Assembly: GCF_036365525.1 (NCBI RefSeq)
Contig: NC_090404.1
Coordinates: 1,426,001-1,490,000, forward strand
DNA length: 64,000 nucleotides
From: Heterodontus francisci
Taxonomy: Eukaryota
Direction of reading: 5' to 3'
Position numbers and translations under genes: made by a program
The notes under the pieces: model-generated
What the model saw: the letters and a program-made list of their open reading frames with translations, nothing else
Database searches by the model: none
What the model was told of the DNA's origin: nothing
Shown: piece by piece, positions 25,336 to 37,341 of the stretch
Layout: each line of letters starts with the position of its first letter
How positions within the stretch are numbered: the stretch's first letter is position 1

Positions 25336-26502
25336 TACCTGGACTCAGGGTAGAAATTTGTCTCAGACTGTGGTGCAAACCGGATGGTATTAGGTGGGCT
25401 GCCTTTTCCTAATCCCACTGTCTGCAATGGAACAGAATATCAGGCGCTGGGTAGAACTGGCAGGCGATCCCATACCACCCGTGATGAATTTCTAACCCAC
25501 AGTGTTTGATTCTAACATGGGCTGTGTGGTGGGGAACATCACTGAGCACAAACACTGATGGGTTAATTAACTGGAGTAAAACACTTCTGTCTGTGTGATT
25601 CCAATGCACATTCTTCTTTTCCAGAAAGACGTTAAAAATATTCCCTGTGTCCGGATGATTTTATACATGATTTTTGCAGCAGTTATTGTTCAGCATCTTG
25701 TCTGGATTTTCTCACTAGGATCCCCTTCCTTCCTTTCTTTCTTTCCTTCTGGTCTTTTATCCTTCTTTCTTCCACTTTCTTTCACTCCTTATCTTTCTTC
25801 CATTCAGTTTTTCCTTTGTTTTTCATCTTTCGTTCTCTCCCCTTTTTTATTTCTTGACCTCTTTCTTTCACTCTATTTCTCTGTGTCCTACAATGTCAAT
25901 AGAACAGTTCTACCAGCTATCGGGGTAAAGCTTGAACAGTTCTGGAAAGATGTTGAAAGGATTAGTTCAGTGTGAGTGGCAAGGGGTGGAGTAGGATGTC
26001 AGTGCTGTAATGTAATTTACTATTTGAGGCCTATTCCAGTATAATGCAAAGTCGCAATCAGCATTGAACCAATTGTTAATATAATTGTTTAATAACAGTT
26101 TAATTGGTTAGGATTAAAGCGGTTTTAGTTTGTTCTTCCTGGGGGGGTGGGGGAGGGAGGGGGGGTGTGGGTAAGAGGTTCTTAAAATTCTGAATACATT
26201 GAGAAATTAGGTGGAGGGCAAAAGTGAGCAAATTCAAAGCACGATTGTGTCACACATTACAGGCCAATCAGCCTGATGGTGGTGGAGGTGGGGAAATTTT
26301 TAGAAACAGTAATCAGGAGAAAATTTATGGAAACATTATTTACACAGCGTGTTGTTGTGATCTGGAATGGACTTTCTGAAATGGTGGAAGAAGCAGATTC
26401 CAAACCATCATCTAGAATGGTGCAATTAGTTTCTGGTGATATTGTACATTGACATTTCATTTCACATTCCACTTGATTTAGTTTACAATTGACATCAGTT
26501 TG

Positions 26503-27203
26503 GAAAACTCCCTCTACACTGTCCATCAAACACTCCCAGGACAGGTACAGCACGTGGTTAGATACAGAGTAAACTCCCTCTACACTGTCCATCAAACACT
26601 CCCAGGACAGGTACAGTACGGGGTTAGATACAGAGTAAAGCTCCCTCTACACTGTCCTCATCAAACACTCCCAGGACAGGTACAGTACGGGGTTAGATAC
26701 AGAGTAAAGCTCCCTCTACACTGTCCACATCAAACACTCCCAGGACAGGTACAGTATGGGGGTTAGATACAGAGTAAAGCTCCCTCTACGCCATGGTTGT
26801 CCAACATCTGGCTCGGCAATGTAAACTATACCCGGCTGTTCCTCCTACTTGTTGAGTGGTTTCTGCCCTCAGCCATTTGCTTTGTCCTTTCCTTGAATCA
26901 GAATTTCAAACTTGGCTCTGCTTAAAAAAAAAACAGGGTTAGATACAGAGTAAAGCTCCCTCTACACTGTCCTCATCAAACACTCCCAGGACAGGTACAG
27001 TACGGGGTTAGATACAGAGTAAAGCTCCCTCTACACTGTCCACATCAAACACTCCCAGGACAGGTACAGCACGGGGTTAGATACAGAGTAAAGCTCCCTC
27101 TACACTGTCCCCATCAAACACTCCCAGGACAGGTACAGTACAGGGTTAGATACAGAGTAAAGCTCCCTCTACACTGTCCCCATCAAACACTCCCAGGACA
27201 GGT
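26503..27203. repeat. 69-bp satellite, left part
   Basis: Unit gggttagatacagagtaaagctccctctacactgtccccatcaaacactcccaggacaggtacagcacg, interrupted at 26791-26933. Confidence 0.97.
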
Positions 27204-28758
27204 TTGACTGTTGCTTGATTGGAGGTGCTGACTGCTGATTGCAGCAATGAGCCTCAGCTGGCAGTGCTGGTGACAGTTGGAGGTTGCAGAGATGGAGAGA
27301 GGAGTTACACTGAGCAGAGGGAAAGCTTGAACAACAACTTCAGTTGGAAACAAGACTTGGTTTGGAGGTGGGTTCTGAACAGAAGTTTGCTTTGCTTTGG
27401 ACTGTTGGGGGAGGAACAAGTGGCCGGAACAAGAAGGGGTGGGGCTGCCAATTCTGTAGGGTTGTCTGCTGCTGCAACAAGGACACAGGGAAGCTCCCTC
27501 CCCATCCCAATTGCCCAGCCTGGGTCAGCTGAAGCTGCCCGGTAAAAGAGACAGAAGGGGAAAGCTGGTGCCTGGGCAGCTTCAGCTGACCCAGGTGAAG
27601 ACGCCTCCCCCAACCAGAAGACTGGAAAACCAAGAGTGCTGGCAAAGACTGTTTTAAGTGTGCTATGTACACCACATCCTGAGAGAAAGTCATCCCTTAC
27701 AGCCTGTTTTTCCCTCTCCTCTATACCGTCAGCCTCTCCCCTAACCTGTTATTTGTTTTTTTAATTCAGTATCTCTTGTGAATCTTTCATTTTTTTCAAT
27801 TTGCAAGTCTACCACTCAGGGTGGGTTCATCACCGGTGGCGGGGCCCTCTACTACCTTTGCAGCTGCAGCCTCTGTGGCTGCCCATTTAGTCCCTTCACC
27901 CTTTAAATTAATAACATCCATCCATGGGGTGAAGAGCTATCCCCACCCCAACATGTCCATTGAGGCCTGCGTAAAGGCAATGGCCGAGGTTGTTGGCCCC
28001 TCGGCCATTGTAGCAGCCTGGAAGATGTAAGGGAAGGCTGTGTTCTTCTTGAAGACTGGGTGGGCAGTGTCCCTGGCCTTGAGTCAGGGGCTCACTGTGG
28101 GGGGGACCTTCCGGTCAGTGGACCCTCTGGGGGCCACTGCGCAGTGGATCATGTTATCAAACAACCCGCACTTCATTCCCAGTGAGATCCTCCTCCCCCA
28201 TCTGCATCATCTGGGGGAGGTAAGGTCAGGGATCACCCCAGTCCTGCTCGGTCTTTGGGAGAACAGCCTCCGGCATGTCTACTCCTTCTGCCACCAGCTC
28301 TTTATGCAACCGGTGCGGGAGGAGGTCTTGGAGGGCCATTTCATGAGTCACATCACCCCTATTTCTAGTGGGGTGGCTATTTTGTTGGTCCCAACTTTTC
28401 AGCCGGAGATCTTGGGGGTCAAGGAGCTTGTGCCGGGCTGCTTACGCACCTCGTCGCTCGCCTGAGTAGTGTGCCGTTCCACTTTGTGAATGTGTACATG
28501 CCCAGGCCCGGTGTGTTGCAAGCACGCTTCTTTGAAGAAGTTTCCGTTCTCTTGAGCTCTATCGACAGTGGCGAGTGCATCATCCTCGGGGGGGATTTTA
28601 ACTGTACCCTTGAGGTGAGGGATCGCTCCGGTCCCCAGCGTGGCCAAGCGTCGGTGGAGAAGTTGAGGGGACTGATCAGTTCCCTCAACTTGGTGGATGT
28701 CTGGCAGAATCTCCACCCCGACTCCAGTGCCTTCACCTGGAGGTCTGGAGGAGGAAGG

Positions 28759-29738
28759 TGTTACGACCACTTAAATATAGACAAGGATTATTAAGATCAG
28801 CACACGACATTCCTTTTTCAGTTCCTGTCAAAGCTCCCAATCAAAATATATGATTCTGATTGTGGTGGGACCAATGAACTTTTAATTCAATCTCTTGACT
28901 CCACAGATCGGCTAACATATAATTTAAAACTTTCCAAATTAAAGAAAGACCCAGCCAAATTGTGCCATCTATTAACCCCTGAATGAAGCTAACCAAACCA
29001 GTGTCTTTAAATCAATAAATTAACTCTTTAATTAGCAGAACTAAATTCTTAAGCACTATGAAGATATAAACAACATTTCAAATAGAAAAAATTAGAGTCC
29101 TTGCAAATTTAGTCCAATGTTGCCTGAAGTCCTCACAGAATGATACTTGACGTCTTCACAGAATGTTGCTTGAAGTCCTCACAAAATGTGGCTTTCCTTC
29201 TCCAGCAAATTTCAACAATTAACGACTTGCAAATACTTTCAACAGAATCAATCTGACTTTAGAGATTTTGAGGGATAAAAGATTGTCACAGTCTAACTTC
29301 CCTTTCTTCAATTTAAATTACCAGAGAACTCTGTTTTGGCTTGACTTTTTTTTGAATTTTGAGAGATAATAATTAAACAGGCTAAAATCCTCTTCCTTCA
29401 ATTTAAATGGTTGAGAGTTCTTTTTCCAGGTGCTGTCATCACAGCTGTGTCTTTATGTCTTTGTCTGTGTCTCCTGTTAGAACAAACTGTCTTCAACTAA
29501 AGGCCAGTTCAAAATTGAATTGTAACAAATGTATCGCATGAGACTCACTCCCAGTGGCTGTATCTATGTTAACGAGAATGCACCCTTTAAATCGCAGTCT
29601 CCAAATGGCTGTTTCTAAGGCAACGAAAATGCACCTTCCTATAACTCCTGAGGCTTGCTGGTCCTTAAAGCAATACTGATCCCTTGCAAGCCTTAAAGGC
29701 AAACCGCATATTCCGAAAAAGACTACAAGGCCATGACA
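28759..29738 (-). repeat. 3' LTR of the Gmr1-like element
   Basis: tgttacgacc...ggccatgaca; long direct repeat of 33757-34641, adjacent to the PPT. Confidence 0.9.
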
Positions 29739-32700
29739 CCTCCGCCCCTAGCGGAATGAAACACCATTCCTGAAATACGTTTCATTACAATGGGTAAAAA
29801 AAATACAAATTGAAAAAATGCTAACGCATTTTTTTCACGCATTTACAGATGTACACATTTGTAAAAAAAAATGTTTAGACTACAGCAACAAGTTCCACCG
29901 GAACATTTCGACTTTAAATTTTCAAATATTTGTCGCAATTAATCCATTTCAAATTTCCAAGCATAGTCTTCCAATTGCTTTGTATTTTCCTTCCAAGTGT
30001 TCCTGTTGTCCATCACCTCAGCCAGGTGAGCTGCACAGCTAGGAGCACTGTCCATTACTGGGCTCACTATTCTCTGAGAAGTTTCTCAAGTACCCCTTGA
30101 CCTATGTGGCCTCACGTGACACTGGAAAACTCTGTCCGGTGTAACAGAAGCTGATTTTTTCTTACCCTGGGGTGTCAAAGGAATTTGACAGTATCCTTCC
30201 AACACATTTGTCTCTTTAAGACACATTGTGTTGCCCACTCTGTCCATACAGTCCTTTAAATGAGAATTTGGATTGGAGTCTGCCTTCTTTACCACAGTGA
30301 ATTTTCTAGAGTCTATGCAAGTTTGAGTTGTCCCACCAGGTTTAGTCACCAAGACCATCTGTGAATTCTAGCTGTCCTGACTAGTTTCATCTAAGCTGCC
30401 CTTCAGCATGTATTGTACCTCTGCTTCTACTCGGGCCTGGATCTAAGCTACAAGGATGTTGTTTTAAAGGAATGTCTCCCCCTATACCCAGCTCATGTGT
30501 GACTAAGGTTGTACATCCTGGCTTATCCCTACAAACTTTTTGAAACGTTGTGAAAACCCTGGTTAGAACTTCACGCTGTTTTGCCTCTAAGTGTAAAAGC
30601 CTATTGTTTAATTTTCCTAGCCGTTCTGCATTCGCTAATGGGATAGTTGGAGGTTCAATCTGAGAATTCCCTAGGCCTACTTCTGCCTCATCCTCACTAT
30701 CCTTTTCCTTCTCCACAGTCCCGATTACCTGACATACCTGTACTGGCTTATCCTCCTCCCTGCGGTAATATGGTTTGAGCAAATTAATGTGACACACCAG
30801 TTCTTCATCCGGCGATCAGGGGTGTCAATCAAGTAATCTACCTTACACACTCTTTTGATCACTCTATATGGGCCACTGAACCGTGTTTTCACTGGTTCTC
30901 CCTGTGACGGTAACAACACTAATACCTCATCCCCTGGTTTTATGGTAGGTTGTGGTTTTCCCACCGTTTGACAGATGTGGCATGCCCTACAAAATTGTCT
31001 CACATCCTTTGTAAGACCTGGCCAGTAATAATGTTTGCTTACGTGTGATTTGGTTTTCCAAATTCCCCTATGTCCTGAAAAAGGAATGTCGTGTGCTAAC
31101 CTTAATAATCCTTCTCGATATTTAGGTGGTACCACTATATGTTCAACAACTGTCCAGTCTTTGTCAACAGGTCTATGAGGCAGTCTCCACTTCCTCTTCA
31201 AAACCTCGTTTGAAATATAATAGCCTTCCGGAATTCCTTTCACCTCAGCTTCTGACTATTCTCTCTGCATATGAGTTAGTCCCCGAAGCTTACAGTCAGA
31301 AGTTTAGGAACTGACGCAGATTGACTGGGCAGTCAATCTGCCCAGTCAATCTCCGTAAGTTCCTAAACTTCTGACGGTAAGCTTCAGGGACTAACTCATA
31401 CGCAGAGAGAAGAGCAGTCTGTGCTATTTGGTAGATCTCTGGATCAGCTTGCTGTGCTGCAATGTTAGATGTTCTGTTAAACATCTCATTTGGATTATCT
31501 AAATCCCCAAATAAGGTTTCAGATGCCTGACTATCTATTTGTGGTGCCCCTTTTAGCTCCGACAATGGATCCTGTTTAGCCATTGCTCGGATAACGACAC
31601 ACAGGAAATATTCTCAGAACTTGCCCCTGTAATTGCTCCGTTTCCTTCATTTCACTTGGTTCCTCTGTAACCATAGGAAAAAATGATATTTTTGATCTAG
31701 CCAAATCATTTCCTAGGTGTAGATCAATTCCCTTTACTGGTAAACTATGGACAACACCTACAGTTACTATCCCCAGTTATTAAGTCACTCTCTAGGCATA
31801 CTTTATACAAAAGTACGGGTATACACACACCCTGCCAATTCCATTAAATAAAACTTTAGCGTTCAAGGCGCTATGAGTTGGAAACCTCATATTTTTCCCT
31901 AGCAAGAGTGTTTGAGCCGCTCCTGTATCCCTGAGTGTAATGATAGGTTTTCCTGCCTCAGTTACGGGATACGGAGTTACTCTTCCCTTTGACAAAAAAT
32001 CATTATAACTCTCAGGTATTTTATTCTTAACCTCTACACTCCTCTTAGTTTTAGTATCTGGTTTCACATTCACAGCTATCGTTAAAGCTATAGCCTGGTC
32101 TGCTACACTCTCAGTCAGAGTCTATTCCTCTGCAATAACTTTGCGTACCCCAACAAGTGCTATGGGTTTACCTTGCAATTTCCAACACTCTGAACGAAGA
32201 TGACCTGTTTTGTCACAATGATAACACTTTGGCTTGCGAACCTCACTTCTACCCTCAGCACCTTCCTTTCTGACCTGAGGAGGTGATCCTGGGGCGTTTC
32301 CAGCTGTACCTTCCTGTCCCCGGCTACTTGCCTTCCTTTCACTCTCCCACTTTCTATCCTTCTCGGGTTTATGGGGGTGATGGACAAAATAGGTTGGCTT
32401 ATTCACAAGCTCAAAATCATCAGCAATCTCTGCTGCTTGCCTAGCTTTCAAAACTTTCAGGTCATCTATATGATTTCTCACTACTGAAGGAATGGAGTTT
32501 TTAAACTCTTCTAAGAGAATCAGTTCTCGAAGGTATGGTATATGTGGTTTCTATCTTTAATGCCCGTATCCAACGGTCAAAATTCATTTGCTTCACCCTC
32601 TCAAATTCTAAATATGTCTGCCCAGTCAATCTCCATAAGTTCCTAAACTTCTGACAGTAAGCTTCAGGGACTAACTCAAACGCAGCGAGAATAGCCTTTT

Positions 32701-33756
32701 TTGCCATCTCATTATCTGCAGAAGCCTCTTCAGAAAGCATGGCATAAGCTTCATGAGCTCTGCCTACCTGCCTGCCCTGCATGAGCAATGTCCAGCTTTC
32801 TTTTGACCATTTCATCTGTTTGGCTATTTTTCAAAAGATAAGAAAAATGCCTCTACATCCCTTTCCTCGAACTTAGGAAGAGCCTGTATAAATGTAAACA
32901 ACTTCTAGTTGGGTCTTGATCTAAATTCAGATTCTTCCTGACCCAAATTTTCCCTGGATTTAAGACTACCCCTTTGTCTTAGTTCCATCACTTTTAGCAT
33001 AAATTCCCTCTATTCTCTTTCACTCCCTCTCTGAAGTTCAAGTTTTCTTATTTCTTTTTCTGCATCACGTTTTTTTGTTTCTTTTTCCTGCTGAAGCTCC
33101 AGTTTTTTCATTTCTAACTGAATCCTAGCCAATTCCACTGCATCAGTCTCAGACCTATTAACTTCATGTCTCTCATATGCCCTTACTTGTTCCTCGTATC
33201 GCCCTTCATCTGTATTACCATCATCATCATCTTCTTCTACCAATTCCAGATGTTCGGCTATTATTTCAATTATCTCTGCATTTTTGGCACCTGATTTCAA
33301 TTCTAACCCCAATTTCGCTGCCAATTCTTTTAATTTGTTCTTGGCTAAAGTTATCAAGTCACTCAGGGAAACATTCTGCTTTCCCAAAAACTCTGCTACA
33401 ACCACTAATGTCATAACAATGGTGTAGACTGTACCTTATTGGATAAGAGACCTGGTTCTTTGTAATTGGTTCAGATTTAGATCCCAACAATCAAGTTTCC
33501 AATTGATAAGATCCCAGACTCGAGAGCAATTAATCTGATGCCAAACGCAAAACTCCAATTTAAATATGTTATCCCAGAGACGAGTAATTACTATGATTCC
33601 AAATGTGAGCCCTCCAGATTAGTCAGATTCTGATCCCAGACACGAGCCACCGAATTAAATGATTCAACTGTGAGTGAGTCCCCAATTAAGATATGATTCA
33701 AATCCAGAAACCCAAGTAATATGAGATTCAAATATTGAGTGAGCCCCCAATTAATA

Positions 33757-34641
33757 TGTTATTCAAATCCTGTCGCTCCACAGATCAGCTAACATATCAT
33801 TTAAAACTTTCCAAATTAAAGAAAGACCCAGCCAAATTGTACCATCTATTAACCCCTGAATGATGCTAACCAAACCAGGTGTCTTTAAATCAATAAATTA
33901 ACTCTTTAATTAGAAGAACTAAATCCTTAAACACTATGAAGATATAAACAGCATTTAAAATAGAAAAAAATTAGAGTCCTTGCAAATGGAGTCCAATGAT
34001 GCTTGAAGTCCTCACAGAATGTTGCTTGAAGTCCTCACAGAATGTTGCTTGAAGTCCTCACAGAATGTTGCTTGAAGTCCTCACAGAATGTTACTTTCCT
34101 TCTCCAGCGAATTTCAACAATTAAGGACTTGCAAACACTTTCAACAGAATCAATCTGACTTTAGGGTTTTTGAGAGATAAAAGATTGTCACAGTCTAACT
34201 TCCCTTTCTTCAATGTAAATTACCAGCGATTTCTGTTTTGGCTTGACATATTTTAGAATTTTGAGTGATAATAATTAAATAGACTAAAATTCTCTTCCTT
34301 CAGTTTAAATGGTTGAGAGCTCTTTTTCTTGGTGCTGCCATCACAGCTGTGTCTGTATGTCTTTGTCTGTGTGTCCCGTTAGAACAAATTGTCTTCAACT
34401 AAAAGCCAGTTCAAAATTGAATTGTAACAAATGCATGGCATGAGACTCACTCCCAGTGGCTGTATCTATGGTAACGAGAATGCATCCTTTCAATCGCAGT
34501 CTCCAAATGGCTGTTTCTAAGGCAACGAAATGCACCTTCCGATAACTCCTGAGGCTTGCTGGTCCTTAAAGCAATACTGATCCCTTGCAAACCTTAAAGG
34601 CAAACCGCATATTATGAAAAAAAAACTACAGGGCCATGACA
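33757..34641 (-). repeat. 5' LTR of the Gmr1-like element (lacks ~120 bp near the PBS end)
   Basis: Aligns to the other LTR from ctccacagatc onward and carries extra 23-bp gcttgaagtcctcacagaatgtt units. Confidence 0.88.
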
Positions 34642-37341
34642 AGGGTCCCGATTTGGCCGCCTCCACATTTCACAGGCTTCTATGTGGCTGGTGCCGTGCT
34701 CGGACCAGCACCTGGTGTAAGAGGAGCTCGCTGCGCACGCGGGCAGGGTCCCCATACTGGCACTTTATCAACTGGCTGCTGGACGACGAGCGATTCCGGG
34801 ACTCGTTCTGTCAATTCTGGGCTGACTGGAGAAGGAAGTGGGGGGCCTCACCTCCTGGAGACTATTGGCGGCCCATCTCACTGCTTAATGTTGGCTACAA
34901 GATTCTGTCCAAAGTCATAGCCAGTCGAGTCAAGTCTGCTCTGGAGTTGGTGATCCACCCCGATCAGATCTGTACTGTACCCGGCAGAAAGATCTCTGAT
35001 AGACTCGTCCTGGGGAAAGCCTGCTGACCGGGGAGATGCCCCTCTTGTGGCGCAAGGGTGGTCATAGTCCTGCTGCCAAAGAGGGGCGATCTCCGCCTGC
35101 TTAAAAACTGGCGTCCGGTCTTCCTCCTCAGCACGAAATGCAAGATCTTTGCCTGGGCTATGTCTACCCGCCTGGGCTCCGTGCTGGCCCACATGATTCA
35201 CCCTGACCAGTCCTACACGGTCCTGGGCCGGTCCATCCAGGACGACATCCACCTGGTCCGGGACCTGATCTATTTTTCCCAGCGGACTGGTCAGTCGGTC
35301 GCCTTTTTCTCCCTCGATCAGGAGAAGGCGTTCGACAGGGTGGATCACGAATACCTTTTCGGGACTCTGCACGTATTCGAAATTGGGTCCGACTTTTATA
35401 CGCCGCCGCAGAGTGTTTGGTAAAAGTTAATGGGTCCTTGACAGCGCCCCTTCGTTTTGGGAGAGGAGTGCGTCAGGGAAGCCCCATGTCTGGCCAATTG
35501 TATACCATAAGCATGGAGCCCTTCCTGTGCCTGTTTCTCAGGAGTTTGACAGGTTTGGCTCTGCTTGGACCAGGCATGTGGGTCGTCCTATCGGCTTACA
35601 CTGATGACATGCTCCTCATGATCACAGATCCCGTTGACTTGCTGAGGATGTTAGAGTGCCAGCAGACCTTTTCTGCCGCATCCTCCGCGAGGATCAATTG
35701 GGAGAAATGTTCCGGTCTCCTGGTGGGTCAGTGTTGGGTGGACTCCCTGCTGGAGGAGTTGACACCTTTTGCGTGAAGCACCACGCACCACCACTATCTG
35801 GGACTCTACCTTAGCCCCGTTGAGGAAGCCTGGCCGGCAAACTGGCAGGAGTTGGAGGCAAAAGTCACCACTCGGCTGGGGCGCTGGACTGGATTGCTCC
35901 GAGTGCTTTCCTACAGTGCTGATCATAGACCAACTAGTGGCCTCGATTGGTCACTTTGACCCCACCCTCTGCGTTTTCCACCAAGATCCAGAAGAAACTC
36001 GTCAATTTCTTCTGGGGCAAGAGGAAACACTGGGCCCCTGCCGCAGTCCTGAGTCTCCCGATTGAGGAGGGCGGCCAGTCGCTGGTGTGCATCCGCATCC
36101 AGGCTGCGACTCTCCACCTTCGGACCCTGCAGAGATACCTGTACATCGAGCGTCTTCCCAGATGGTGTGCAGTGGCGACGTATTTTTTCCACCAGAGGCA
36201 CTGCCCCCAAGACAACACGTAGCTCCCGGTGGAGAACGTTAACCACTCCTCTCTGAGGGAGTTGCCTGTCTTTTACTGGGATCTATTCAGATGGAACATG
36301 GTTGCCTCCAGTCAGGGTGCTCCTCCCACCGGTGGAGGAGAACACCTCGGCTGTCTGGCTCGGGGAATGGACGAATGGGCGGAGCAGTAGCCGAAGTCCC
36401 CAGGACACCCCTCACTGCAGGTAACAAGGGAGCTCGGGAGCGCAGAGCAGATCCGGCTGAGTGGACCCCCTGCTCGGCTGGAACTGCTCATCGGACCCAG
36501 GCCCCTAAACCCTCCTCGGGAACCGGTCCCGCACAACCCGAGCTGCCTTATGGAAATGCCCCCTATGCCATTCCAAACGGCACGGAGGGATTTCCTGTAT
36601 GGGCTGCTCCTGTACACTCTCCACTTCCTCACCCTTGTCAGCCGCCCGGACACGCCCTGGCAGTCCATGTTACCATCTGGCGGCAAGAGGAAATCCCAGG
36701 TCCCTCCGTGCGGGAGCCCTCCCCCTTTACATCAGGGACATGGGGTGGAGGGTGCTGCACAGGGCAGTCCCGTGCAATCGACTTTTAAGTAGGTTCACGG
36801 ACTCCCAGGTCGCCTGTAATTTCTGCGGCCTGGACGAGTCCATGTTCCATGTATATATATGGAGTGTGCGAGGTTGCAGCCCCTCTTTGAGTATTTGAAG
36901 GGGCTGCTCCTCACGTTTTGGCTGCACTCCAGCCCCATGCCCCTAATCTTTGGGCACCCGGTGTGGAGAGGGTGGGCCGGGAGGAGGATCTCCTCATCTG
37001 TCTGCTCCTTGGCCTGGCTAAGGTGGCAATTCACAGGTCCAGGCTACGGGCCGTCCTGATTGCCTGCCCCTCTTCGGAGGTTACGTTCACGCCCAGGTGT
37101 CCCTGGAAAAGGAGCATGCGGTGTCCGCCGGTACGCTTGAGGCCTTCTGCGACCGGTGGGCACCGCAGGGACTGGAGTGCATTGTCGACGCCGAGAATGG
37201 CATTTTAATTTGAGTTTTGTTTATTTAATTTGATTTTAATAAAGAGTTTATAAAATGTATAAAAGGGGGGCCTGAGGAATAAAGGCCCCCTCGACAAATT
37301 ATACATAAAAGGGGCCTGGGGTTTAAAGGCTTTGAAAAAAA

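Larger units (their letters stand above)
28759..34641 (-). mobile_element. Gmr1-like Gypsy LTR retrotransposon, internally deleted (gag/SCAN-like, CCHC, protease, integrase, RT order)
   Basis: LTRs at 28759-29738 and 33757-34641 with TG..CA termini and 4-bp TSD aagg/aggg. PPT at 29739-29750 and PBS gagccccca at 33741-33749. Peptides ELVPEAYCQKFR, CYHCDKTGHLRSEC, LRDTGA, AHDIPFSGHRG...CRACHIC, then RT remnant LVTKPGG..CID.RK. Confidence 0.92.
27204..37341 (+). mobile_element. Tx1-clade non-LTR retrotransposon (degenerate), inserted in the 69-bp satellite and split by an LTR element
   Basis: ORF1-like 27820-28320 (MSIEACVKAMAEVVGPSAIVAA, FIPSEILLPHL). APE endonuclease (FVNVYMP, IILGGDFNCTL, LVDVWQNLHPD...FTW). 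RT (LDQEKAFDRVDHEYL, RGVRQGSPMSG, SAYTDD). C-terminal C-x2-C...H (CNFCGLDESMFH). Then aataaa and an A tail. Confidence 0.9.
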
